DNA of 64,000 nucleotides from a virus. The position numbers and the translations under genes were made by a program. Within the stretch, counting starts at the first letter, position 1. Each line of letters opens with the position of its first letter. The stretch lies in IMG/VR virus record IMGVR_UViG_3300018080_000116, positions 64,001 to 128,000 of that record; one strand, written 5' to 3'. Shown piece after piece: positions 54,001 to 63,493 of the stretch. A model generated the notes under the pieces. That model ran no database searches. It saw nothing but the letters and a program-made list of their open reading frames with translations, and was not told the origin of the DNA.

Positions 54001-57000
54001 TGCGGTCATTCTGGGAACCGTTGCTTTGATTGCTGGTGCTGTTTACGCCTCTGTACACGCATTGAAAGCCGCCAGCAAAATGTGGGGAGTAATTAAAGCC
54101 TCTTACAAAGACATGTTGATCGGTGCGGCTGTCATTGGGTTGATGGGACCGGCCATCGTTCTTTTGGCAACAGCAATCGTATTTGTTTGTAAAGAAATCA
54201 TGGGTGCATTTGGCATGGACGCTTCCACTGTAGCCAAAACCGCCATCGACATCGCAGCCATACTTGGTGCTGCCGCTGCTATTACAATTGCGGCAGCAGC
54301 AGGCGTTGCTGCAATTATGGGTGTTGGCGCTGCGCTTGGCTTGCTAACTGGGCCACAAGCGCTTGCAGCGCTTGCGGCCTTGGGTATTGGTGTAGCGGCC
54401 ATTCTTCTTGCTGTCCCGCTTTTGCTCACTCTTGCGGCAGGAGTTGTAAGGATCGCTCAGGGTGTCATGAGTATGATGGGCGTCGATGCCGCTGTAGCTG
54501 TTGAAGTTGGCAAAAATGTTGCCGCCCTTTTGGGTGCCACCGCACTCATCATTATCGGAACCGCAGCAGGACTTGCGGCTCTTTGGGGAATTGGCAAGGG
54601 CATAATGGCAATGTTTACCGGAGGCTTGGCACTTAAAACCTTGATTGAACTAGGCGTAGGAATAGCTGCTGTGTTAATTGCGGTCCCAATCTTACTCACG
54701 ATTGCCGCAGCGGTCGTGAAGATTGCCCAAGGCGTATTGGGCATGATGGGTGTTGATGCTGGCGTTGCCATGGAAGTCGCCAAAAATGTTGGCGGATTAC
54801 TTATAGCAGCAGCAGGCATTATCACAGGGGTGGGACTCGGACTTGCCGCCCTTTGGGGCATCGGCAAAGGCGTATTGATGCTTGTGAGCGGCCCACAATT
54901 CCTAGCAACACTGTTGGCCCTTGGGGTTGGAACCGCAGCCGTTTTGCTTGCCACACCAATACTTCTTGGGATTGCCGCTGCTGTAGTTAAGATAGCCCAA
55001 GGCGTACTAGGTGCAGCAGGAGTAGACGCTGCTACTGCTGCACAGGTAGGTGAAGATGTAAGTGCTTTGTTAAAAGCAGCAGCAGGCATTGTGATTGGAG
55101 TGGGTGCAGGTCTTGCCGCCCTGTACGGAATGGGTTGGGCCATGGTCACCTATCTGGCTGGCCCTCAGGCTCTAGTTGCCCTTGGCATGATGGCCTTGGG
55201 CGCTGTTGCGGTTAGGTTGGCCACCCCAATCATGTTGGGCATCGCAGCCGATGTTGTAAACTCTGCAAAAGAGATTCTGAAAGCAGAAGGAATGGATGCT
55301 GGCGCTGCCGCCAAAGTCGCTGAAGATGTTAAGGGGCTGTTGACGGCGACCGTTAAGATAGTCGCTGGTGTAGCTTCTGGAATTGCCCTTCTTACTGGAA
55401 TTGGCTGGGCACTTGGACTTTTGTCAGGCCCACTAGCACTAGGATTGATCCTCTCGCTGGCAGCCGGTGCGGCTGTGGTGAGATTGGTAACACCTATGTT
55501 GATTAAGTTTGCTGCCAGTCTACTTGACATATGCAAAGCGGCAGCAGGAGCCTATGTAGATCCCGCAGAGAGCCAAAAGGTGGTTGCGGCAATGGATGGC
55601 ATGGGTAAAGCAGCAAAAGCAATTGCCAATATGCTTGGGGCTTTTGTAAATGACATCGTGCCACTTACGCAAGGTTGGTTCCTTGGGTGGTTCGGCGCAT
55701 CTCCGCTTGACGAGCTAGATGATGCGATGCCCCAAGTAGAGGCAACCATTGATGTTTTAGCAAACTTTCTTGGTGATCTGATGCGAACGATGAGCGCCAA
55801 ATTCCCCGATGAAGGCCAACTCGCAGGATCTATCGAAATCATTAACAGCCTGGGGACCATGGCAAGCAGCGTAGCCGACGCCCTCGGGGTTGCCGCTGAA
55901 GAATTGCCTGATCTGACTGATGGTTGGTTCCTGGGTTGGTTTGGTGCATCTCCACTTGACGAACTGGCTGCATGCATACCTCAGATTAAGAGTAGCATGG
56001 ATATAATGTCCAAGTTCCTGGGTGAAGTAATGGTTGATTCCCTGGGCAACTTCCCCAGTATGGACAACATGACTCAGGGAATTGAGATCATCAAAAACAT
56101 GGGTGAGATGTCCACCAGCATATCAGCCGCCCTTGGTGAGGCAGCCGAGAAGTTGCCCGAGCTAACCGAAGGTGGATGGATACCATTCTTCTCCAGTTCG
56201 CCACTCGAAAAACTCGAAGAAGCTATTCCGGCTCTTACAGATGGCTTTGAAACGGTAGCCAAGTTCATGCGAGCGGTTATTGGCGTTACACACGATGTCT
56301 TTTCTGACCCAGATCAAGCCAAGAAAGATGTCGAATTGGTGACAGCCATTGGGACAGGTGCTACGGCGGTTGCTCAAGCACTTACAGTCTGTGGGAATGA
56401 CCTTGTGGAACTGACCGAAGACACAGGCTGGTTTGGCTGGGGCGATTCTGTAATCGAGCAGTTTGACGAAGCACGACCCGCTTTAAGAGACGCCTTCAAG
56501 TCGGTTGCTCGATTCATGAGAGATGTCATCACAATCGCCAAGGCGGAAATGGGCGACATTGAAAATGTGCAAGATGCCATCGACATTGTAAATGGCATGG
56601 GCACTATGGCTGGCAGTATCGCCAAAGCATTCTCGGTGATTGGTGAGGATCTTGTCCCGATGACTGAAGAGTCTGGCTGGGGCTGGTGGTCTGAAGAAGC
56701 CTTAACTAAACAACTGGAAGATGCAATCCCAGATCTTGAAGATGCCTTTGGCACCGTCGCTGGATTCTTGGGTACATGCGCAGAAGCCGTAATGAGCGAA
56801 TTCCCAGGAGAAGGCGAAGTTAAGACGGCTACGGATCTAATGACAGCACTCGGCCCAATGGTGGATGGTGTTGCCGATGCAATGAAAACCACATCCTTCG
56901 AGATGGTTCCCCTCGCTGGTTGGTCGGGCATTGAGAATTTAGAAGATGCCATCCCTGAATTGAGGATGTCATTCCGAACCATCTCAAGATTCTTGGGCGG

Positions 57001-60000
57001 AATAGTAGAAACACTGAAAGAACAATTTCCCTCCCCCAGAGATGTGCAGGTCGCAACATCGCTGCTGGAAAACATCGGCATAATGGTTGAATCTGTAGCC
57101 AAGGCTCTTGAGGCAACAGCATTTCACCTGCTTCCGCTCATACAGGATCAAAGAAGTTGGCTGGGCTTCTGGACAATAGAAGGTACGTCGTTGATGGACA
57201 AGCTGGTTGCGGCTGTTCCTGAGCTTCAAGCTGGGTTCACTGCTGTTGCCACATTCTTGGGTGGCATCATCAGGACGCTGCAACAGCAATTCCCGGCACC
57301 AAGAGACGTGCAAGTTGCCACACTCCTCATGGAGAACCTAGCCAAGCTTACACAGTCCATCGCTTTGGCCATGGAAACTGCGGCATGGAACCTCATTCCA
57401 CTCACTAAAGACAGTTTGTGGATCGCATTCTGGACAGGAAAGAGAGACAATTCGCTGCTCGATAGACTACAAGAGGCCCTCCCAGAACTAGATAAGGGCC
57501 TTACAGCAGTCCTTAAATTCTTGGGGGGAATTGTCAGGATTCTTCAGCAGCAATTCCCAGCACCAAGGGATGTGCAGGTCGCATCTCTTTTGATGCACCA
57601 TCTTGCAATCCTTACCGTTTCGATTGCATCAGCAATGAGAGTGGCCGCAAACCAATTGATCCCACTTACGCAAGACACAGGTTGGCTATGGTGGTGGAGA
57701 GAAGCGCCACTAACCGATCTTGAAGAAGCCATTCCCGACCTTGACAAGGGGTTGAGGGCAGTCATCAAGTTCTTGGGCGGCATCGTTGACGTTCTGCAAG
57801 AATCGTTCCCGAATCCAAGGGATGTGCAAGTTGCGACACTCCTTATGGAGAACATATCGAAGATGACTTTTGCTGCGGCAATGGCACTTCGTTACACAGC
57901 CTACGACCTGCTTCCGCTCGTACAAGACAGAAAATGGCTGTTCTTCTGGAGAGATAGTTCGCCGCTTGAAGAATTAGAAGAGGCGATCCCGGATCTCCAA
58001 AGAGGTATGCACGCAGTCATCAAGTTCTTGGGTGGCATTATTGATGTATTGAAAGAATCTTTCCCAAATCCAAGAGACGTTCAAGTTGCTTCTCTGCTCC
58101 TAACCCACATAGGAATCATGACTGCGGGTGCAGCACTTACGCTGCGTGAGGTGGCCTGGAACTTGTTGCCACTAATTCAAGAGCCTAGCTGGCTCTTCTT
58201 CTGGAGGGAGAAAAAGTCCTTGCTAGAAAAATTGCAAGAGGCCATCCCCGATCTCCAAGCAGGCATGCGTGCAGTATTCAGGTTCTTGGGCGGTATCATC
58301 GACACGCTTAAAGCTGAATTCCCAGAGCCACGAGATGTACTTGTTGCTACAAATCTCATGAGCAACATCGCCACCCTTACCAAAGGTGTATCCGGCACAT
58401 TGGGCACAGTAGCCGAAGAACTCATCCCATTAACTCAGGGTCGGTTCCTTGGGTGGTGGGGCTCCACACCTCTCGAAGATTTGGAAGCGGCAATTCCAGA
58501 TCTTCAGGAAGGGTTCCGCACCGTAATGAAGTTCTTCAACAGCCTCATCGGCCTTATGAAGGAAGAGTACCCAGACTTCAGCGACGTAGCTACAGCCGGT
58601 GTTTTCCTCATGTTTATGGCTGATGTGGCCAAGGGTGCTTCCACACTGTTGAACGTGGTGGCGGAAGAACTGCAACCACTCACGGAACGAAGATGGTTCG
58701 GCTTCTTTGATTCTAAACTGGCTGGCCTGGAAGAGGCCATTCCAACATTAGAAGAGGGTCTTGGCAAGGTCATGCGATTTATCAGAGACGGCGTGATCGA
58801 ACCCTTACGTGGATTCGCCAGACCAAATGAAATCCAACCCATGGTTGAAAGCATGGTGGCCACTGTAGAGGTGGTGAAAAACATCCCCAGATTCCTCGAA
58901 GAGCTAGTCAAGGCCATCGAACCTCTGGTGGGTGGATACCTATGGTCGCCAATTGATGGAATTGAAGCTAAGGTTACAGAGTTTGCCGAGAACTTCGGCA
59001 AGATTGCTTGGTTCATGCTTGATGCGGTCATCACACCACTGCACTTGTTGCCTGCCCCTGAAGAAATTCTGGCCATCAACCATAAGCTGGCAGCCATGTG
59101 CGGCGTCTTTGCTATGATCCCGGTCATGTTGGAATCCTTCACAAAACACCTGGGTGAATTGTCAAGCGGATATTTCTGGTCGCCGATTGATGGAATCGAA
59201 TCACAAGTTGAAGAATTCGCCACGAACTTCTACAACATCATCAAGTTCATGGACACGGGAATCATCATCCCACTTCAGATCTTGCCGCCAGTTGAAGAGT
59301 TATACCAAGTGATCGGCAAGCTAGTGGGTATGTCCAGTGTAATCAGCACCATCCCGATCCTGCTCAATACGTTTACTGAAACTTTAGGTGGGCTGACGAG
59401 CGGCTGGTTCTGGTCGCCACTTGACTCCATCGAATCACAATCCGAAGAGTTCGCCGAGAATTTCGGCAACATCCTCCACTTCATGCAAACAGGCATAATG
59501 GACCCGCTATTTGAGATGCCAGAAGCAGACATGTACAACGCCATGGTCCAAAAATTGACTGGCATGAAGAATGTCATCGAAGCTATCCCGCCTGTGTTGG
59601 CCTCTTTTACAGAAGGCTTGGCTGAACTTACACAGGGTTGGTTCTGGTCACCACTCGACTCCATTGAAGCCCAGGCCGATGAATTCGCCGAGAACTTCGG
59701 CGACATCATTCGCTTCTTTGAGTGGGGAATGATTTACCCGCTTATGATGTTGCCGTCCGCCGACGCCATCGGAGAACTGCACGCCAAGCTTCCGGCAATG
59801 GATATGATTATCCAGAGTATCCCACCCATGCTGGCTTCCTTCACGGAAAACCTCAGCAAGCTGACACAGGGTTGGTTCTGGTCACCGCTCGACTCCATCG
59901 AAGCTCAAGCTGAAGAGTTTGCCGAGAACTTCGGCAGCATTGCAATGTTCTTCCGAGTTGGAATGGTTTATCCACTCATGCTCCTCCCGTCCGCCGAGAC

Positions 60001-62542
60001 GATTGGAGAATTGCAGGCTAAGCTCCCAGCTTTAACACAGGTAATTCAAGCACTGGCACCCATGCTCACGACGTTCGCTGAGGAACTTGGGCCATTCGCT
60101 GGCGGTTGGTTCTGGTCACCACTGGATTCTATCGAATCTCAAACGGAAGAATTTGCCGAGAACTTCGGCAACATTGCACGCTTCATCAATGAAGGCGTCC
60201 TGGAACCACTCAAGCTTCTTCCAGAAGCCACAGAAATTGAAGCGTTGGCTGCCAGCGTGGAAGCTCTCGCCCAAGTATTCGGCGGACTAAGTGATGTGTT
60301 GGTTGCTTTGGCCGAGGCAACGGCTACGGTGGGTGAGACCGATTTGGGAAGCATGGATCTGGAAGGTGTAAAGGAAGCCTTGACGACTGTTGCTGGAATG
60401 AGCCCTGCACTGACTGCCGGTGGAGTAGAAGAAGCCGCTACTGGCGGCGCTGCTGGTGGTGCAGTAAAGATGGAGCCCGTTGAAAAATTTGCTGCTCTCG
60501 CCAAGGGCGGTACATTTGTTGCCAATGAACCCACAGCCTTGTTAGTCGGTGAAGCGGGACCAGAGCGAGTCATTGTTTCGCCACTCGAAGAAGCTGGTGT
60601 TGAAGCTCTACAATCTCAGATGGCACATGGCGGCACCGCAGGTGGTATAGCAAGCGGTCCTCCTGAAGTCAGCAGGGCAGCCATTGATGCCGAAGGCATC
60701 ATGGCTGCCTCCCAGCAGGCACAAACAGAAGTGGCCAATGCCCAAGCCAAGGCAAGGCACATCAACGAGAAGATCATGAATCAGATCTACTCAGAAGGCG
60801 TGACTCGCCACAGCGAAAACATGAAGACCAGGGCCAATGAAGCAAGGTCTGAAACGCTGCACAACGTCACTAAAACCAAAGATCACCTCGACAAATCTCT
60901 TGGAATGATGAAGGGCGGCATGACGGGCTTCTTTGAGAACATTGGTGGCTTCTTCCAGAACCTCAAAGACAACTTCTTTGGAGCATTTGGTGGCGATGAG
61001 GCCCAAAAGGCGATGCATGACGCCGAAGTGAATGCCATGAAGGAAGCCGAGGCATCCGGAAGGCTGCGTGACATCAAAGTGGCCAATGCCGCAGAAGAAG
61101 CGGGACTCAGTAAGGAAGCAGCCGCCGCACGAGCGGCAGAAGAAGCTGCGGCGAGAGAGTTGACTGACGAGCAAAAAACTGGTCTTGCTGGTGTCGAAAG
61201 CATGGCTGCAAAGCGACCACGAAAAGAAATGACGCCAGAAGAAGCAGTTCAAGAACACACCAGAATTCAAACCGAACAATCCCAACTAAGCACGGCTGAA
61301 GCCTCCCGTGCTCTGAGGGGCGGGGCTGGAAGCACAGATCTCGCTGACCTGCGAGCACAATATCGTGCTCCTCGAACAGGCTACAAGAGAAAGAGGTTCA
61401 CTGATCCAACTGCTGATGCCACAGTAGCAGCAGATGACAAAACTGTATGGACTGATAACCTACCGCCCGAACAAAGGGCGAGAATGGATGAGCGTGCTGT
61501 GTGGACTTCCGACATGTCGCCAGAACAGAAAGCACAATACATGCGGCGGCAAAGGAAGGGAGATGTCGTTGGCGGACAACCTCTGAGCGAGTGGACTGAT
61601 CCAACCGCCAACTTAAAGCCGGGCGAGAGTGTTTCCCCCGAACAGCAAGCGGCCTACTTCACAGACTTGACTCATGGAGTTCATAGTCGTTCTGGCAACA
61701 CACGAGTTGCACCGGGGGAATTTGACGCAGCGATGGCTGACATGACACCCGACTTTGGTGCCGAGCAAGCCAGACGACAAGCAACTGGCAAACCCACGAT
61801 GACGTTGGGCGCTGCAAGACATGAACAATTTGGCGTAGATTACGGTTCCACTTACGATCCCGGCTTGAATCGCAGAGCCGCCCGATACGAACAGAGTGGG
61901 ACAGGTGGCTCCCCAGTAGATAGATTGGATAGATGGGGCAGGGGCACCGACCGCAGTCAAATATGGGAAGGCATGGCCGCAGGCGGAAGCTTTGTTGCCC
62001 AAGCCCCCACACCATTGATGGTTGGAGAGGCTGGCCCCGAAAGAGTGACCGTAACTCCCGCAACTGCCGGTGGAATTCCCGATCTGGAAGATAAAGTTGG
62101 AATGATGGCCGCAGCGGCAGCAGGAAATGCCCTTAGCGCCATTACCACCCTTCCATTCGCCTCGCAGGTAGATGACGAAGGCGTAGCACAACCCCAAGTG
62201 GAATCCGCTCCGCTTACAGATGTGTATGACCGAATGCATCAAGAACAAATCGGTGCTGAAGCAGGCCCCACCAAACTGAACAGCAGCGAATTGACAGCCA
62301 TTGAAGACGCAAGTATGCAACAGGTGGACCACCTAGCAACAATGAGCGAGACCCTAGTCGAAATAAAGGGGCTGTTGACTCCAAACACTGGAAGTTCCCT
62401 ATCAGGCAAATCGCCACAACAACTTCAGGGTTCCACAGCGCCCAACACTACCACCTATGGATCGACCGATTATGGTAAATGGCAGTTCGGTCGTCACGCC
62501 GGTAATGCCGCCAATCAAGTCATCAACGATGGCGTAAACTAA
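51041..62542 (+). CDS. tape measure protein (3833 aa)
   Basis: very long helical Ala-rich ORF with ~80-aa repeats; two GG.FVA..PT.L.VGEAGPERV motifs; upstream of baseplate genes. Confidence 0.85.
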   Translation: MAQLQDITGRLVTMEGELSEMTGVLRQMLAKQDMGAAIPYMEEEKTKNEERNTKLDEIRDIMQTLSDDFKEEMDNAEDYAAQIKEVVESLREAKGTAGEATPAAPTAAPTATMGFDNLVGSMSDVLGKDQAKIAKSLTTEEKLLTAIAASSRAIESQIRTLTSAATTKGSIHTQVDGSDVINVTNSLLEAQIKERSGKDIKVDVAQIGGGAGGGTGGGSGPGSVFPTDGDAAAAGETAGKTYREHFYKAGIFGTMAAALAGLIKKFSPIEHLFKGVVQDELEFMQNMRATAFEVEGISASTRGLQEEWQQTGRVVARTGMNLTEFQTQYVKNLRAGVISQKAALDVTKTGLHLSQMIGANHEQTSDTLMNWHKTMGMNQNQMAQFSRSLQDVARLTGVTGDNLMEAVKASEELVKNMRNAGQLTAAAAANLTSTMASAQKLGVAEGAQEIMKALTGTNALLQETSKETQTFLFNAGVHAGRFGDVWSGTISQTKAGMKDLAGGMKGFVESVMGQTMDDFDKLSKEEKAKLNFIVKNVTGKSIDEARRIIESIEEGAKTYGDRISDINKRLREETLTLEERKKLEEDRLAMQIGGGFEFLTAFDEAAKKGLDMSAAVQDAMANNEDLAASMGSMGLNIDMMGPTMALEKAALFTAERLKEAGGADFTPQIQRALDTGDTQAMREVLSDMSAAQQELAMDTKKGLDPMTEMAHNFNKLNETVRDFTGPALRYMSGMMMWLAVIAGGIGSVWTAALGFGELKKGLAGLFGMGGGAGDMMEGMDEAGIDDVFKAGLAKAGEYVPQSIKDMFGAGLGKAKDLIGAVIPGAFADSVADAGLDTVGDVVGDAVAGGVSDALTASTGSITTGLGSELADGMTSTLTAGLDDVGDHFTSTIVGNFDDALGGVNIEDVGLLDQAGDILGGGPEGGKAPSFDWGGIEKIGEELKKAAPTLIKAAIGLAIAAAAVVLLIKVLQAVGIGPKEAMEGAITIAVILGTVALIAGAVYASVHALKAASKMWGVIKASYKDMLIGAAVIGLMGPAIVLLATAIVFVCKEIMGAFGMDASTVAKTAIDIAAILGAAAAITIAAAAGVAAIMGVGAALGLLTGPQALAALAALGIGVAAILLAVPLLLTLAAGVVRIAQGVMSMMGVDAAVAVEVGKNVAALLGATALIIIGTAAGLAALWGIGKGIMAMFTGGLALKTLIELGVGIAAVLIAVPILLTIAAAVVKIAQGVLGMMGVDAGVAMEVAKNVGGLLIAAAGIITGVGLGLAALWGIGKGVLMLVSGPQFLATLLALGVGTAAVLLATPILLGIAAAVVKIAQGVLGAAGVDAATAAQVGEDVSALLKAAAGIVIGVGAGLAALYGMGWAMVTYLAGPQALVALGMMALGAVAVRLATPIMLGIAADVVNSAKEILKAEGMDAGAAAKVAEDVKGLLTATVKIVAGVASGIALLTGIGWALGLLSGPLALGLILSLAAGAAVVRLVTPMLIKFAASLLDICKAAAGAYVDPAESQKVVAAMDGMGKAAKAIANMLGAFVNDIVPLTQGWFLGWFGASPLDELDDAMPQVEATIDVLANFLGDLMRTMSAKFPDEGQLAGSIEIINSLGTMASSVADALGVAAEELPDLTDGWFLGWFGASPLDELAACIPQIKSSMDIMSKFLGEVMVDSLGNFPSMDNMTQGIEIIKNMGEMSTSISAALGEAAEKLPELTEGGWIPFFSSSPLEKLEEAIPALTDGFETVAKFMRAVIGVTHDVFSDPDQAKKDVELVTAIGTGATAVAQALTVCGNDLVELTEDTGWFGWGDSVIEQFDEARPALRDAFKSVARFMRDVITIAKAEMGDIENVQDAIDIVNGMGTMAGSIAKAFSVIGEDLVPMTEESGWGWWSEEALTKQLEDAIPDLEDAFGTVAGFLGTCAEAVMSEFPGEGEVKTATDLMTALGPMVDGVADAMKTTSFEMVPLAGWSGIENLEDAIPELRMSFRTISRFLGGIVETLKEQFPSPRDVQVATSLLENIGIMVESVAKALEATAFHLLPLIQDQRSWLGFWTIEGTSLMDKLVAAVPELQAGFTAVATFLGGIIRTLQQQFPAPRDVQVATLLMENLAKLTQSIALAMETAAWNLIPLTKDSLWIAFWTGKRDNSLLDRLQEALPELDKGLTAVLKFLGGIVRILQQQFPAPRDVQVASLLMHHLAILTVSIASAMRVAANQLIPLTQDTGWLWWWREAPLTDLEEAIPDLDKGLRAVIKFLGGIVDVLQESFPNPRDVQVATLLMENISKMTFAAAMALRYTAYDLLPLVQDRKWLFFWRDSSPLEELEEAIPDLQRGMHAVIKFLGGIIDVLKESFPNPRDVQVASLLLTHIGIMTAGAALTLREVAWNLLPLIQEPSWLFFWREKKSLLEKLQEAIPDLQAGMRAVFRFLGGIIDTLKAEFPEPRDVLVATNLMSNIATLTKGVSGTLGTVAEELIPLTQGRFLGWWGSTPLEDLEAAIPDLQEGFRTVMKFFNSLIGLMKEEYPDFSDVATAGVFLMFMADVAKGASTLLNVVAEELQPLTERRWFGFFDSKLAGLEEAIPTLEEGLGKVMRFIRDGVIEPLRGFARPNEIQPMVESMVATVEVVKNIPRFLEELVKAIEPLVGGYLWSPIDGIEAKVTEFAENFGKIAWFMLDAVITPLHLLPAPEEILAINHKLAAMCGVFAMIPVMLESFTKHLGELSSGYFWSPIDGIESQVEEFATNFYNIIKFMDTGIIIPLQILPPVEELYQVIGKLVGMSSVISTIPILLNTFTETLGGLTSGWFWSPLDSIESQSEEFAENFGNILHFMQTGIMDPLFEMPEADMYNAMVQKLTGMKNVIEAIPPVLASFTEGLAELTQGWFWSPLDSIEAQADEFAENFGDIIRFFEWGMIYPLMMLPSADAIGELHAKLPAMDMIIQSIPPMLASFTENLSKLTQGWFWSPLDSIEAQAEEFAENFGSIAMFFRVGMVYPLMLLPSAETIGELQAKLPALTQVIQALAPMLTTFAEELGPFAGGWFWSPLDSIESQTEEFAENFGNIARFINEGVLEPLKLLPEATEIEALAASVEALAQVFGGLSDVLVALAEATATVGETDLGSMDLEGVKEALTTVAGMSPALTAGGVEEAATGGAAGGAVKMEPVEKFAALAKGGTFVANEPTALLVGEAGPERVIVSPLEEAGVEALQSQMAHGGTAGGIASGPPEVSRAAIDAEGIMAASQQAQTEVANAQAKARHINEKIMNQIYSEGVTRHSENMKTRANEARSETLHNVTKTKDHLDKSLGMMKGGMTGFFENIGGFFQNLKDNFFGAFGGDEAQKAMHDAEVNAMKEAEASGRLRDIKVANAAEEAGLSKEAAAARAAEEAAARELTDEQKTGLAGVESMAAKRPRKEMTPEEAVQEHTRIQTEQSQLSTAEASRALRGGAGSTDLADLRAQYRAPRTGYKRKRFTDPTADATVAADDKTVWTDNLPPEQRARMDERAVWTSDMSPEQKAQYMRRQRKGDVVGGQPLSEWTDPTANLKPGESVSPEQQAAYFTDLTHGVHSRSGNTRVAPGEFDAAMADMTPDFGAEQARRQATGKPTMTLGAARHEQFGVDYGSTYDPGLNRRAARYEQSGTGGSPVDRLDRWGRGTDRSQIWEGMAAGGSFVAQAPTPLMVGEAGPERVTVTPATAGGIPDLEDKVGMMAAAAAGNALSAITTLPFASQVDDEGVAQPQVESAPLTDVYDRMHQEQIGAEAGPTKLNSSELTAIEDASMQQVDHLATMSETLVEIKGLLTPNTGSSLSGKSPQQLQGSTAPNTTTYGSTDYGKWQFGRHAGNAANQVINDGVN

Positions 62543-62561
62543 TTTAATAGCCCACCATTAA

Positions 62562-62568
62562 CTATATA
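62562..62568 (+). promoter_or_regulatory. late-promoter-like box
   Basis: CTATATA before baseplate genes. Confidence 0.55.
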
Positions 62569-62599
62569 ATAAAAGCCTGTCCTGGCACTAAGGAGAAAC

Positions 62600-63148
62600 A
62601 TGCCAAAAGCTACCGTTCCTGGCGGACCATTGGTCGCCCTGCAAGATTGTTGGATAAAAATTCCGGTAGGCAACTCTATGGAATATACGGTCGATCTATA
62701 TTCACTGCCAGACATCAGCGATAGCAAGTCGGCCTCCTACAATGACGAACCCATCATCGGCAGAGCATTCCCGCTCAAGACCTATTCGCACTCCGATAAC
62801 CGCACGATCAGCATGCAGTTGCACTTTTTTGTGACTCACCCTGATGACGTGACAAAGAATCTAGATCACCTGCGTGCTTTGGAAAGCGCAGTTTATCCAA
62901 GAGTGGATGACATCAGTGGGGCTCCTTTTGTGCCGCCACCCGTTTGCCGAATTAAATGTGGTGAATTATTGGCACGAGAGCATTTGTGTGTGGTGCTGAA
63001 ACAGTATTCAGTGAAATTTCCTATCGATGTGGCGTGGGATGAGAACACCTATATTCCCTGGAAGTTCGATGTAGATACGACTTGGGAGGTGGTGTACAAA
63101 AGCCCGGATCTGCCTGGGCAGAGAAGAATCTTGTTTACAGGGAAATAA
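62600..63148 (+). CDS. baseplate tube-initiator / CIS-tube-like (gp48/54-like) protein
   Basis: SDSKSASYND..IIGR..P..TYS...RTISMQLHF; YP...PFVPPP. Confidence 0.7.
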   Translation: MPKATVPGGPLVALQDCWIKIPVGNSMEYTVDLYSLPDISDSKSASYNDEPIIGRAFPLKTYSHSDNRTISMQLHFFVTHPDDVTKNLDHLRALESAVYPRVDDISGAPFVPPPVCRIKCGELLAREHLCVVLKQYSVKFPIDVAWDENTYIPWKFDVDTTWEVVYKSPDLPGQRRILFTGK

Positions 63149-63149
63149 C

Positions 63150-63485
63150 ATGGCCAATAGTATTACATATGTTCCGCACTCAAAACCCGACCGAGGATAC
63201 GTCACTGGTTCTAGCCGATATGCGGATTCTCAACTAATCTATTATGGCGAATTGGCAAAAATGACATTCACCACCTACAAAAGGACACAGCCGAAACTTA
63301 CCGATGAAGATAAGTTCACAGTTGTTCCTCCGGGTTGGGAATACAGGCCAGATTTGGCCTCCAAATACATGTATGGAACCGTGGACTTTTGGTGGAAGAT
63401 TCTAGAAATGAATGGGATGAAAGATGTTTGGGAATTTAAGGCGGGGGTCAACGTGCGTCTGCCGATAAACGTTTATGGAATTTAG
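63150..63485 (+). CDS. baseplate wedge gp53-like / LysM-like protein
   Basis: EYRPDLAS..MYGT.DFWWKILEMN.......G..VRLP. Confidence 0.75.
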   Translation: MANSITYVPHSKPDRGYVTGSSRYADSQLIYYGELAKMTFTTYKRTQPKLTDEDKFTVVPPGWEYRPDLASKYMYGTVDFWWKILEMNGMKDVWEFKAGVNVRLPINVYGI

Positions 63486-63493
63486 GAGGATCT

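Noticed and set aside
51041-62542. Minus-strand ORFs within the tape measure gene
   Set aside because: Antisense artefacts of repetitive Ala-rich coding sequence.
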